45,195 nucleotides of DNA from Nitrospirae bacterium RBG_16_43_11 (GCA_001805165.1 MHEI01000088.1:1-45195); one strand, 5' to 3'. Counted from the stretch's first letter, positions 1-9,747 are shown. Notes: generated by a model not told the origin, from the sequence alone. Numbers and translations: made by a program.

Positions 1-63
1 ATGGCAATATGGCAAAAACCCAACGGGGTTCTTCATAAACTATGCTGCATTATATAAGTCGTT

Positions 64-567
64 ATGTATAGTATAAAAAAAGATGCGCTTGTACACTGCG
101 GCGGTTTTAACCCCGATTCTTTCCCATGGGACATGTTGAAATACAGAGGTGATGGAGAGACAGGTCTATGCTGCAAACTGGAGAGGCATGGGTACAAGGC
201 ATTCTATAATCCCTGGATAGTGATCAGGCATAAGGTGCCTTCTTCAAGGCTGACTATTGAATACTTCTGTAAAAGGGCATACATGGAAGGGGTGAGCTGG
301 TCATTTGCCGGCATCCGGAAAATCGGCAGAACGTCCTCGTATATTACTACAGAGCTTTATTTTCTGTTCTATATCTTCGCATTAGTACCCTTTGGATTAT
401 ACAGGGTTGGATTGAAAAGACTGGGTTTGTTCCCGATTTATTATAAGGTTATGATCAATCTCTTTAAGGGATACCGTTTTCACAGGATAGAAGTGCTTAA
501 AGACCCGGCTCTTCTCAGGTATGTACTGCAGGACACTTATCTGTCTGAGGTAAGCCCGGAGAAATGA
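64..567 (+). pseudogene. Family 2 glycosyltransferase, C-terminal half only (probable in-frame deletion or truncation)
   Basis: Contains GT2 C-terminal motifs (SIKKD..GGFNPD..GDGETGL..GYKAFYNP..HKVP..R.T..YF..R) but no N-terminal SIIIP/DD/DXD Rossmann region. An in-frame TAA at 55-57 rules out upstream extension. Confidence 0.6.
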
Positions 568-1166
568 GGCGGAATGGATACATTATAAACTTGCTGATGT
601 TAATCACATCACCAAATCATGTAATACTATTTTTCTTTACAAACGATGTTCTGGCCAGAGAGAAGGTTGGAAAAGAAGGGAAAGTATCCACTGTCAGCCG
701 GAGGCAGGACATAAAAGAATATCTAAGGCGCAAGTCCAGATTTTTTGCATTTTTATATTATCAATATAAATCAAAATATGTTGCAAGAGTAGGTGTGCCC
801 AAAGCGTTACTCCCTCCAGACTATTTCAATCTGGATGAATCAAAGCCAGGATGGGCAGCTTTTAAAGATGCATTCTTGAAGATTCGGGATTATGCGAGGG
901 AAAATGGCTCAACCTTTCAGTTGGTCATTATTCCTACACTGACTTCCCTTAACGAAAATTATCCGTATATGGAGCTACATGAAAAAGTGAAGAGCTATGC
1001 TGCCTCACATGGGGTTCCAGTAGTTGATCTTTTCCCGGTATTCGCCAGCCATTCACCTGCAGAATTATGGATTGACCTGGAGAATACACACTGGAATGAT
1101 AAGGCAACATCATTGGCAGCAGAAGCAATTGTGTGGAACATGGAAAAGGAGAACATTCTAAATTAA
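564..1166 (+). pseudogene. SGNH/GDSL-hydrolase-like (AlgX/AlgJ-type) protein lacking block I (probable internal deletion)
   Basis: ATGA overlap with the upstream stop. Has a block III-like FFFTND and block V-like NTHWN, but no GDS motif and only a stub of the N-terminal hydrophobic helix (IINLLMLITS). Confidence 0.55.
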
Positions 1167-2434
1167 GGAGGGATCTTTGTCGTCTTTAACAAGGCTTTTT
1201 CCAATTTTTCTGCTGCGAGTCTCATTCCTTTCAGGTTCCAGTGTGTTTCCCGATGCGTATAAAGTGTATCATCCGCAGGTGTTGAACGAAAAGGCCCGAG
1301 CAGGTCAAGATAGGGGATATCCAACCGGCTTAATATATGAGTAAGTCTCTTTTGCGGCAAATCGAAATCGAACTCCGCTTGAGAGCGTGATGATTTCTTC
1401 AATGTCCACTCTTTTAATCCATCATCTATCTGGATCTCAGCCGGTATAATAAGTACAAATAGAGATGCATTGTCTTTTAGGACATCGGCCTTCAGCTCTT
1501 TCAGTAATTGTTCAGTGTGATTCCATGCGCTTCTCATATAGGAGGATTGGGTTTTCTCGTAGTTGACCAGCATCCTTTTCTGGATGAAATGCCACATCGG
1601 TTCTGAAAAAGGAGGAGATGTAGAGATTCCGGGGGATAACTGATCCAATGCCTTTTCATCCATTATCACAGACCGCCTGTCGAAATTTTCTGTAATCTTT
1701 CGTGCCCGCTCAGGTGTCAGTAAATGCATATCAGGTTTTACATCGGACCCTTCTTCTGAAGGATAATCATCAGCCGCCTGATAATAGGCGATCAGAATGG
1801 CTAAATGCCGTACGACATAGGAATAACGCCGGAGTGTATTCCAGAATGCAGAGGCCTCGAAGTAGTTTGGTTCAGGGATTCCCAGAAAAAGGAAGTCCTT
1901 AGCCCATGGCTGATTGGCCGATGTATCATTGCCGACATAGTAGGCGAGTATTACGATGTCTGGATCAAGGTGCCGGCCATACTGGCGATAATATCCTATC
2001 TCGTGGCGTGTAGTCCACCCCCAGAGGGCAGAATTCAATACCTCTATGGAACGTTCAGGAAACCTCCGCAACAGGCGATCTTCAAATAGTTTTGCAAAAT
2101 GGAGATGGAATGAGTCAGATCCATAGAGAAAAGAATCTCCTAACATCAGGATGCGAAGGGTGTCAGGTGATTTATCCTCCCTGTAGGGATAGTCACGATG
2201 TCCAAAAAGGTTGGCATACCCGTGAAGTGGGTCCCAATCAAGTTTCGGGCCCGTCGGATATATCCTGGCACGGGGAGGTATCCGGTAATCCGTGGAACGG
2301 TCAGAAACCAGAGGGCTCGTAGCTGTAGTGGAGAGGTTTATTAAGCGCAGAACCACCTCTAACAGCAGGAATGTTATGAGAAAGATCAACATAAGAATCA
2401 GTACCTTGTTAAATAATCTCTTAATCCAGCCCAT
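1163..2434 (-). CDS. Membrane-anchored SGNH/GDSL hydrolase family protein (putative periplasmic glycan acyl-/carbamoyl-transferase or esterase)
   Basis: N-terminal TM helix (ILMLIFLITFLLLEVVLR), LMLGDSF (block I), YYVGND (block III), ETHWN (block V). Start taken at MGWIKR (2434); 2461 is an alternative. Confidence 0.8.
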   Translation of the reverse strand: MGWIKRLFNKVLILMLIFLITFLLLEVVLRLINLSTTATSPLVSDRSTDYRIPPRARIYPTGPKLDWDPLHGYANLFGHRDYPYREDKSPDTLRILMLGDSFLYGSDSFHLHFAKLFEDRLLRRFPERSIEVLNSALWGWTTRHEIGYYRQYGRHLDPDIVILAYYVGNDTSANQPWAKDFLFLGIPEPNYFEASAFWNTLRRYSYVVRHLAILIAYYQAADDYPSEEGSDVKPDMHLLTPERARKITENFDRRSVIMDEKALDQLSPGISTSPPFSEPMWHFIQKRMLVNYEKTQSSYMRSAWNHTEQLLKELKADVLKDNASLFVLIIPAEIQIDDGLKEWTLKKSSRSQAEFDFDLPQKRLTHILSRLDIPYLDLLGPFRSTPADDTLYTHRETHWNLKGMRLAAEKLEKALLKTTKIPP

Positions 2435-4298
2435 ATTCCTCTGTCCAATCCTTTTTTTCATACAACTGTGGCTGCCTAAATTTGTCGAAAAGGTAGTCAC
2501 CAATTACCAGATAATCCATCTCGGTCCTCATAAAACATCTGTAGGCATCATCCGGTGTACAGACGATTGGTTCTCCACGTACATTAAAACTTGTGTTAAC
2601 TATAATACCGTAACCACTTCTCTTTTTGAAAGCTTCTATGAGTTTATAATACCTCTGATTTGTCTCCTTGTGCACTGTTTGAACCCTTGCTGAGTAATCC
2701 AGGTGTGTAACTGCCGGGATATCGGATCTAATATGATAGAGCTTATCTTTCAAAGTCATCGAGTTAAATCCCTCCGGCAGGGTGTTCCGGCGATCTTCTC
2801 TTATATAATCAATTAACAGCATATAAGGAGAAGGGTGCCCGCTTTCAAAGTATTTATCCGCATCTTCACAGAGAACAGAGGGGGCAAAAGGCCTGAAACT
2901 CTCCCGGTATTTAATCTTCTGGTTCAGTTTTTTCTGCATCTCAGGATTTCTTGCGTCACCCAGTATACTCCTGTTTCCCAGTGCCCTTGGGCCCCACTCC
3001 ATCCTTCCTTGAAACCACCCTACTACATAGCCGTTATCTAATAGTTCCGCAACCCTGTCATACAGATTATTTTCAGAAAGGTTCTCATATACAGACTTAT
3101 ATCTTCTTGCCATTAACTCTATATCGAGAGATGAATATTCTGGCCCTAAATATGACCCCTGCATATTGTCCATTTTATTGTTCAGTTCGCGTGTTTTGTT
3201 GAAGTAGGCGTGATAGGCAGACAGTGCTGCGCCGAGCGCCCCTCCTGCATCGCCTGCTGCAGGTTGAATCCATAAATTATGTACTATCTTTTTCTTTAAT
3301 AGCTTGCCATTGGCAACACAATTAAGGGCAACACCACCTGCCATGCACAGATTTCCAGAACCTGTCAACCTTTTTGCTTCCGTTGCCATCTTGAACACAC
3401 TATCTTCTGTTACGTATTGAATTGCAAGAGCCATATCGCAGTACTCTTGCGTTATCTCAGTCTCTGGTCTTCTCCTCGGCAAACCCATGAGCTGTTCCCA
3501 TTTTCCCTCATTAACCATTTTAAGGCCAACAGAGTAGTCAAAATAGTCCTGATTAAGCCATACGGAACCGTCTCCCTTTATATCCACTAATTGTGAGTTA
3601 ATAAGGTCCAGGTATTTCTTAAATCTGGCGGATGCCGCATCTCCGTAAGGCGCAAGCCCCATCAACTTATATTCTCCGGAATTGACCTTAAAGCCTGCAT
3701 AATAGGTAAAAGCGGAGTAGAGTAGACCAAGGGAGTGGGGGAATCTAAGTTCTTTTAATATTCTTATCTCTTCATTATTTCCATAAGAGATAGATGCTGT
3801 GGCCCATTCACCCACACCATCAACCGTTAGAATGGATGCTTCTTTAAATGGAGAAGGGTAAAAGGTGCTTGCCGCATGAGACAGGTGATGTTCCGAAAAG
3901 AGAAGCTTAATCTTTTTTTTGTCTATTTCATCTATTTTGGATAACTCATCGTAAATCAGTTTCTTAAGGAATAGTTTATCCTTAAGCCAGACAGGGATGG
4001 AGGATAAAAATTGACGCAATCCCTTTGGGGCAAAGGCATAGTATGTTTCGAGCAGTCTTTCAAATTTGAGGAGTGGTTTATCATAGAAGACAATAGCGGA
4101 TAATTCATTAATAGATATTCCGCCATAATTAAGACAGAACCTTATTGCATTAGCCGGGAAAGAGGGGTCGTGTTTTTTTCTGGTAAATCGTTCTTCCTGT
4201 GCCGCTGCTATAATCTCGCCGTCACGGATTAAAGCTGCTGCGCTATCATGATAAAAAGCCGAGACCCCGAGTATGTATATGTTGCTCACCACCTTCAT
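2421..4298 (-). CDS. Carbamoyltransferase, NodU/CmcH/SxtI family
   Basis: ILGVSAFYHDSAAAL, QEERFTRKKHD, EHHLSHAAS, DGVGEW, GEYKLMGLAPYG, AGGVALNC, GPRALGNRS, RESFRPFAP, NTSFNVRGEPIV. Start uncertain (4289 GTG, 4298 ATG or 4313). Confidence 0.95.
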   Translation of the reverse strand: MKVVSNIYILGVSAFYHDSAAALIRDGEIIAAAQEERFTRKKHDPSFPANAIRFCLNYGGISINELSAIVFYDKPLLKFERLLETYYAFAPKGLRQFLSSIPVWLKDKLFLKKLIYDELSKIDEIDKKKIKLLFSEHHLSHAASTFYPSPFKEASILTVDGVGEWATASISYGNNEEIRILKELRFPHSLGLLYSAFTYYAGFKVNSGEYKLMGLAPYGDAASARFKKYLDLINSQLVDIKGDGSVWLNQDYFDYSVGLKMVNEGKWEQLMGLPRRRPETEITQEYCDMALAIQYVTEDSVFKMATEAKRLTGSGNLCMAGGVALNCVANGKLLKKKIVHNLWIQPAAGDAGGALGAALSAYHAYFNKTRELNNKMDNMQGSYLGPEYSSLDIELMARRYKSVYENLSENNLYDRVAELLDNGYVVGWFQGRMEWGPRALGNRSILGDARNPEMQKKLNQKIKYRESFRPFAPSVLCEDADKYFESGHPSPYMLLIDYIREDRRNTLPEGFNSMTLKDKLYHIRSDIPAVTHLDYSARVQTVHKETNQRYYKLIEAFKKRSGYGIIVNTSFNVRGEPIVCTPDDAYRCFMRTEMDYLVIGDYLFDKFRQPQLYEKKDWTEEYGLD

Positions 4299-4306
4299 TC
4301 CGGAAC

Positions 4307-4681
4307 TTACCAAATCTTTTCGAAATCTTCTTTCTTAAATGCAATATCTCTGTCTACAAAGTAGCTCTTCTTGTTGTTGTCCTTATTTAACATCAATGGA
4401 TTCATGGAGAAAAGTCTGTAAATAACAGCAATAGGGGTAAGCAAAATATAAAATACGAAGGTGAGTATAATCCTATTGTTTATGTTTGCAATTATGTGAG
4501 AAAACCTTAACCAGAGATCCGACAGTTTCGAGGTGATTTTCTTTAATGCGAGGCCTGATATAAGTAAGGCAAAGGACATGACTATGAGAAAATCCCTTTT
4601 GAATATGAAATATAGAAGCAAAGAGATGGCAGCTAAAGCCGCTATGGTCTCCAGATCTTGTATCCTTTTGCCATCTTTCAC
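4307..4681 (-). CDS. SxtJ family membrane protein
   Basis: 124 aa with hydrophobic helices and the W..FS..I..IN..IIL...FY.ILTPIA..YR....NPL motif; ends FEKIW; adjacent to the carbamoyltransferase. Confidence 0.8.
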   Translation of the reverse strand: MKDGKRIQDLETIAALAAISLLLYFIFKRDFLIVMSFALLISGLALKKITSKLSDLWLRFSHIIANINNRIILTFVFYILLTPIAVIYRLFSMNPLMLNKDNNKKSYFVDRDIAFKKEDFEKIW

Positions 4682-4691
4682 TTTTACCCCC

Positions 4692-4844
4692 TTAAAACAA
4701 TGTATATATAAATGGAGCTATGGCTGAACCACCGGTCATCACAATAAGAAATCCTATAAATAACAGTACGAGAATAATGGGCAGAAGCCAGAACTTCTTG
4801 CGTTCTTTAAGAAAGCCCCACAGGTCTTTTAAAAGATCAAACAT
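4692..4844 (-). CDS. DUF5989 family (SxtK-like) small membrane protein, 50 aa; not in the ORF track
   Basis: Hand translation: MFDLLKDLWGFLKERKKFWLLPIILVLLFIGFLIVMTGGSAIAPFIYTLF*. GGAGG RBS at 4851-4855 (minus strand). RKK.WL.P and C-terminal APFIYTLF are the family signature. Confidence 0.9.
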   Translation of the reverse strand: MFDLLKDLWGFLKERKKFWLLPIILVLLFIGFLIVMTGGSAIAPFIYTLF

Positions 4845-4845
4845 T

Positions 4846-5955
4846 TTAAGCCTCCATTATTTCTTTAATTGCTGTACAAACCTTTTCTATCTGTGTCACT
4901 GTAAGTGTCAGACCAGACGGGAGGTATAGACCCTGCCGGGCTATTTCTTCAGAGACCGGGTATCTTTCTCCCTTGAACAACCCCATGTTTTGCAAGGCAG
5001 GCTGTTCGTGCATCCCTGTGAAGAAGGGGCGTGTACCAATACCCCTTGTTTTCAACTCGTTAGCCATTGATTTTGCATCAACACCTGTATCTTTATCCAG
5101 TACGATGCTGTACATCCAGTATACATTCTTTGCCCACGGTTTCTCTACAGGTAATTGAATTCCGCGTACATTGGACAAAAGTTCTGTATATAATGCGGCG
5201 TTACGACGTTTGATCACTATAAATTCATCAATCCGTTCCATCTGTGCCACTCCTACAGCGGCCTGAAGGTTTGTCATACGGTAATTACGGCCCAACTCAG
5301 GATGACTGAACTGCCTGTCAGGCCCGAAACAGAGATTACGGTAAGAGCGTGCACGTTCTGCCATAGGACTGCTATTGGTTAGCACCATCCCCCCCTCACC
5401 GGTTGTAATAATCTTATTGGCATAAAAACTGAAAGCCGAGATATGGCCTATACTACCGCATTTCCTGCCTTTGTATTCTGCGCCATGCGCCTCTGCAGCA
5501 TCTTCTATAACATACAGATTATATTTCTCAGCAAGAGCCATTACCGGGTCCATGTCTACCGGGTGACCATACATGTGTACAGGCATGATCGCCCTGGTTC
5601 GCGGTGTAATCCTGGCCGCTGCCTGGTTTGTATCCATACACCATGTGTCCGGTTCTACATCTGTCAAAACAGGAATGCCGCCATGGGTTACTACTGCAAT
5701 TGCGCAGGAGATTATCGTGAACGCAGGCATGATAACCTCGTCACCAGGCTTAAGATTTATAGCGGCAATTGTGACATCAAGAGCCGCAGTTCCATTGCAT
5801 ACAGCAATCCCATGTTCAACCCCTGCATATGATGCGAACATCTTCTCAAACTTTTGCACAAAAGGTCCTTCTGATGAGACCCATCCGGTATCTATACACT
5901 CACCGAGCAGTGCCTTTTCTCTGTTGCCGAATAGTGGCTCGTTTACTGGGATCAT
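4846..5955 (-). CDS. DegT/DnrJ/EryC1/StrS PLP-dependent sugar aminotransferase, GDP-perosamine synthase-like
   Basis: WVSSEGPFV, NGTAAL, IEDAAEAHG, FSFYANKIITTGEGGM, NYRMTNLQAAVG, GLYLPS; in the same operon as gmd. Confidence 0.9.
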   Translation of the reverse strand: MIPVNEPLFGNREKALLGECIDTGWVSSEGPFVQKFEKMFASYAGVEHGIAVCNGTAALDVTIAAINLKPGDEVIMPAFTIISCAIAVVTHGGIPVLTDVEPDTWCMDTNQAAARITPRTRAIMPVHMYGHPVDMDPVMALAEKYNLYVIEDAAEAHGAEYKGRKCGSIGHISAFSFYANKIITTGEGGMVLTNSSPMAERARSYRNLCFGPDRQFSHPELGRNYRMTNLQAAVGVAQMERIDEFIVIKRRNAALYTELLSNVRGIQLPVEKPWAKNVYWMYSIVLDKDTGVDAKSMANELKTRGIGTRPFFTGMHEQPALQNMGLFKGERYPVSEEIARQGLYLPSGLTLTVTQIEKVCTAIKEIMEA

Positions 5956-5971
5956 AGGTTATAACCTCTCG

Positions 5972-6382
5972 TCAGAAATATCTCTTGTCATTCTCTTCAG
6001 CATATGGCCCCTGTTTAACCTCTATAATGGATATATCCTCGATGACCTCAAAACCATGTCCGCCATTGGCGAGCAGAATTATATCTCCCCCTTTAAGGAT
6101 ACGGGAGGCGATAAATTTTTCATTATCGCCGTAAAGGTCAACCCGTAATTTACCTTCCCGTATAATTAGTACCTCCTGGGTATGAAGTACATTGCGGGGC
6201 ACAGGATTGTGGACATGGTTTCTGATGATTTTGCCTTTTTTGTGGTTGAGAAAACCCAATTGCTGAGAGAAGCTGGAGGGAGTGAAGAAATTAACTCCCC
6301 CGGAACGGTAATTGGCGTATATTATTATCGCGAGAAGCCTGTCCCGCTCACGTATTTCTTCAAGACCCTCATTATCCCCCAT
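5972..6382 (-). CDS. Cupin-fold protein associated with nucleotide-sugar clusters
   Basis: Cupin metal motifs HVH..TQEVL and GGHGFE..IEVKQGPY; GGAGG RBS upstream. Confidence 0.65.
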   Translation of the reverse strand: MGDNEGLEEIRERDRLLAIIIYANYRSGGVNFFTPSSFSQQLGFLNHKKGKIIRNHVHNPVPRNVLHTQEVLIIREGKLRVDLYGDNEKFIASRILKGGDIILLANGGHGFEVIEDISIIEVKQGPYAEENDKRYF

Positions 6383-7582
6383 TTAATCGCCCCTCCCTTC
6401 CCCTGTTAATTCTGTAATTGTATCGGAAAATACTTTGCATGTGTTATCCCAATTATACAGAGTGCAAACCCTGCGCCGACCTTCTCTCCCCATCTTCTCT
6501 GCAAGTTCTTTATCCAGGAGAATCTTTGTGATGGCATCTGCCAGTCTGACTTTATCCCTCGGGTCTACTAATATCCCTGAGACGCCGTCTTCTACCTCCT
6601 CTGTGCATCCTGTGCTGCGTACAACAGGAGTCTCACACGCCACAGCCTCCAAAACGGTAAGGCTTGCAGTTGTCCCTACACTTTCCGGATGACCCGTAAA
6701 TGCTACAAGATCAGCGCGCGAATAGTACTCAGGTAATTTACTGTATGGGACTGTACCGACAAACTCTATGTTTCTGTCCACACCGAGTCTATTTGCCTTC
6801 TTCAGGAGTGTCGTCCTCTCTTTTTCATTTTCAACTGTATGAGTAATGATTATTCTAACATTCTTAACCCGGTCTGCAATCAGGGGCAGGGCCTCGATCA
6901 GATATACTGTTCCTTTCAGCAATGTGTAGTCTGTGCTATGCAGGACAATCCTGTCAGCCGTTCCTGCAGGTACGTTAACAGGCACGGGCCTGAAAAAGTC
7001 CGTATCCACCCCCATATATGTCTTTACCCCTTCTCTTCCATAGATCTTTTTGATCCACTCTTCTGTTGAGTGGTTCAAGGTAGTGATTAGATCGCTTTTC
7101 CTCGTACCGTTAATATCCATATGCGTATAAAATAACGCAAGCATGTTTATTAGTATACGTTTTGATAACGTGAACCCCTTGATCATCTTAGTGTCGTAAA
7201 AAAAAGCAAATGGTTCCCAGCAGTTCTGGATGAAAGGTTTGCCAAGTCTTGAAGCAATGACATTCATGGGGAATATGCCGGCTATTATGATATCAGTATC
7301 CAGTGTTGCAGTCTTTATCCGCTTCTCATCTATAAGGAGCATCCACGGAAAGAGCAGCCAGTAGTAAAGGCTTGTGCTTGTTGAAAACCCTATTTCTTTT
7401 ACGTCTACCCCGTATTGATTGAACTCCTTTTTTATCTCCGGAGATGCCTTTTCAACAATGACAGTGATATCCCAGTTCCTTTGTAATCTGCTGGTGACCT
7501 CGAGGATAAACCTTGTTCCTCCTGTCCAGAATAACAGGTGTGAATAAAGCCAGGCAACTCTTTTTTTTCTGTTCTGAGTCAT
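6383..7582 (-). CDS. Glycosyltransferase family 4 (GT-B)
   Basis: GG motif near the N-terminus, MGVDTDFF, LKG...LIEA, E-x7-E-like region (ESVGTTASLTVLEA), GILVDP, YNW. Confidence 0.9.
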   Translation of the reverse strand: MTQNRKKRVAWLYSHLLFWTGGTRFILEVTSRLQRNWDITVIVEKASPEIKKEFNQYGVDVKEIGFSTSTSLYYWLLFPWMLLIDEKRIKTATLDTDIIIAGIFPMNVIASRLGKPFIQNCWEPFAFFYDTKMIKGFTLSKRILINMLALFYTHMDINGTRKSDLITTLNHSTEEWIKKIYGREGVKTYMGVDTDFFRPVPVNVPAGTADRIVLHSTDYTLLKGTVYLIEALPLIADRVKNVRIIITHTVENEKERTTLLKKANRLGVDRNIEFVGTVPYSKLPEYYSRADLVAFTGHPESVGTTASLTVLEAVACETPVVRSTGCTEEVEDGVSGILVDPRDKVRLADAITKILLDKELAEKMGREGRRRVCTLYNWDNTCKVFSDTITELTGEGRGD

Positions 7583-7588
7583 AACAGT

Positions 7589-8614
7589 CTATTCTTTTAA
7601 GGATAGTTCCCTTACTCCGATACCAAAATGTCTGAACCACATGGTAAACTCTTTTCTGCCGGCCTTTGCTATTTTCTTTATCTTTTTTCGTTTAGTCCAC
7701 ATCTCGGGAATATGTCTTATGGCTGATACATATGCCCTCATAATTACCATCAGGAGTATTCTGCAGGAGTACTCATCAACGAACCTTCCTGCTGCCCCCT
7801 TGTTTGTTATAGCGCCATAAGCCTGGAAGATGAATCGGATAAGAGTATAAAATGGACTTGTCAATATCATTGAGATTGGAAAATATTTGATGAGTATCCA
7901 TACACGGTTCCTTTCTACCCAAAATGCTTTTTGGGGTGAATAGGCTGAAGTGGAGCCGGAATATCTGTGGTATACGATTGCCGTCGGAACATATATACAC
8001 TTCCATCCGGCAACTCTTCCCCTGAGGCCGATATCTGTATCATCACCATAAGCGAAAAAGGTTTCATCAAATAACCCAATCTTGTCTAACATCTCTTTTC
8101 TATATAATGCAGCGCACCCGCTTGGGAAAAATACTTCTTCAACAACATCATATTGGCCGACATCTTCATCTAATCTCCCGCGCCCTCTGTTTAAACCGTC
8201 CCGATAAAGAAGATGTCCGGCCACATCAATTATATTCCTCTGGTAAAATGAATAGATCTTTGAGGCACACATACCTACTGTGCGATCCTTTTCAGCCTCC
8301 TTAATTAGTTCTTCAATCCATCTATTATCCGCTTCAGTATCATTATTTAGTAATAAAATATATTTCCCCTTTGCAGCATGTATCCCTGCGTTGTTTCCTC
8401 CTGAGAAACCAAGGTTTTCTTTATTTTCTATTACCTTAACAAAAGGCAGATAATATTGTCTTAGAAATTCAACTGAACCGTCGTTAGAGCCGTTATCTAC
8501 TACTATAACCTCAAAGTTTGAATAAGATTGCAGCTTAAGTGAATCAAGACATGTTGTTAGAAAGTCTTTACCATTCCAGTTGACAATAATAACGGATGCT
8601 AAAGGATAGGACAT
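7589..8614 (-). CDS. Glycosyltransferase family 2 (rhamnosyltransferase-like GT-A)
   Basis: SVIIVNWNG, VVDNGSNDGS, NLGFSGGNN, LLNND, GLFDETFFAYGDDTD. Confidence 0.9.
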   Translation of the reverse strand: MSYPLASVIIVNWNGKDFLTTCLDSLKLQSYSNFEVIVVDNGSNDGSVEFLRQYYLPFVKVIENKENLGFSGGNNAGIHAAKGKYILLLNNDTEADNRWIEELIKEAEKDRTVGMCASKIYSFYQRNIIDVAGHLLYRDGLNRGRGRLDEDVGQYDVVEEVFFPSGCAALYRKEMLDKIGLFDETFFAYGDDTDIGLRGRVAGWKCIYVPTAIVYHRYSGSTSAYSPQKAFWVERNRVWILIKYFPISMILTSPFYTLIRFIFQAYGAITNKGAAGRFVDEYSCRILLMVIMRAYVSAIRHIPEMWTKRKKIKKIAKAGRKEFTMWFRHFGIGVRELSLKE

Positions 8615-8620
8615 GACGGG

Positions 8621-9667
8621 TTAGTCAACTTTCCACCACCTGTCTGGAAAGGCCTCCTGTAATATTTTATCTCCCTCTCCAACAGGTTCAAGTCCAATAC
8701 GGCGCATGTCTGCATCTACCATAATCTTTGCAAGTTCGGCAAAGTTAATCCTCGGATTCCAGTTCAGCTCTCTTGAAGCCTTCTCTATTTTTGCTTTTAA
8801 TACCTCTACCTCGGTGGGTCTGAAGTAGTATGGATCAATTTTGACATGCTGCTGCCAGTCCAGCCCGGTATACCCAAATGCGGCCTCTACGAATTCCCTC
8901 ACAGAGTGAGACTCACCTGTGCCTATGACATAGTTGCCAGGTCTATCCTGCTGGAGCATTAACCAGGTGGCCATTATATACTCCGGACTGAATCCCCAAT
9001 CCCGTTTTGCCTCAAGGTTTCCTAAATAGAGGTATTTCTCCTTTCCAGCAATGATGTTTGCAACTGTTCGCGTAATCTTTCGGGTTACAAATACCTCTCC
9101 ACGGCGGGGTGATTCGTGATTAAACAATATACCGTTTGATACAAACATATTATAGGCTTCCCTGTAATTTATTGATATCCAATAGGCATAGACCTTTGCG
9201 GCCGCATAAGGGCTGCGTGGATAGAATGGCGTATCTTCAGACTGGGGTGGCAAGGCCGCTCCAAACATTTCGCTGCTTGATGCCTGATAAAACCTGGTCA
9301 TAATACCGCTTCGCCTGACTGCCTCTAAAATCCGTGTAGTTCCAAGGCCGGTAATGTCTCCGGTATATTCAGGCATGTCAAAGCTCAACCGTACATGGCT
9401 TTGAGCGCCGAAGTGATAGATTTCATCAGGCTGGATATTATAAATAATGTGAGTAAGTTGACTTGCGTCGGACAGGTCCCCGTAATGGAGAAACATTTTT
9501 GCGGAAGAATCATGAGGGTCAATGTATATATGCTCTATCCTTCCGGTATTAAAGGTACTGGATCTTCTGATAAGTCCATGGACCTCGTATCCTTTTGATA
9601 GTAAAAGTTCTGCCATGTATGAACCATCTTGCCCGGTAATCCCGGTTATCAGAGCTTTTTTTGACAT
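8621..9667 (-). CDS. gmd: GDP-mannose 4,6-dehydratase
   Basis: [67 protein letters not shown]. Start taken at MSKKAL. Confidence 0.97.
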   Translation of the reverse strand: MSKKALITGITGQDGSYMAELLLSKGYEVHGLIRRSSTFNTGRIEHIYIDPHDSSAKMFLHYGDLSDASQLTHIIYNIQPDEIYHFGAQSHVRLSFDMPEYTGDITGLGTTRILEAVRRSGIMTRFYQASSSEMFGAALPPQSEDTPFYPRSPYAAAKVYAYWISINYREAYNMFVSNGILFNHESPRRGEVFVTRKITRTVANIIAGKEKYLYLGNLEAKRDWGFSPEYIMATWLMLQQDRPGNYVIGTGESHSVREFVEAAFGYTGLDWQQHVKIDPYYFRPTEVEVLKAKIEKASRELNWNPRINFAELAKIMVDADMRRIGLEPVGEGDKILQEAFPDRWWKVD

Positions 9668-9747
9668 CTTTTCTAACCTTATCAAAAATAAAAAAATATA
9701 ATATAATATACACTACTTGGTCTGAAATATGCAATAATGAGTGAATT
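9668..9747. promoter_or_regulatory. AT-rich divergent promoter region between gmd (-) and the GT2 operon (+)
   Basis: 80-bp very AT-rich gap between divergent genes containing TATAAT/TATATT hexamers; exact -35/-10 pairs are ambiguous. Confidence 0.4.

Noticed and set aside
1..57. Possible 3' end of an upstream gene (..AIWQKPNGVLHKLCCII*)
   Set aside because: Too short to assign a frame or product from this window.
1163..4844. Saxitoxin biosynthesis cluster
   Set aside because: Only sxtI/J/K/L-like families are present; no sxtA, sxtG, sxtB or other core genes, and the context is nucleotide-sugar and glycosyltransferase genes.
9718..9733. Third sigma-54-like site TGGTCTGAAATATGCA
   Set aside because: GG-N10-GC spacing is right but both half-sites deviate from consensus and the implied TSS would be only ~4 nt from the ATG; likely chance in AT-rich DNA.
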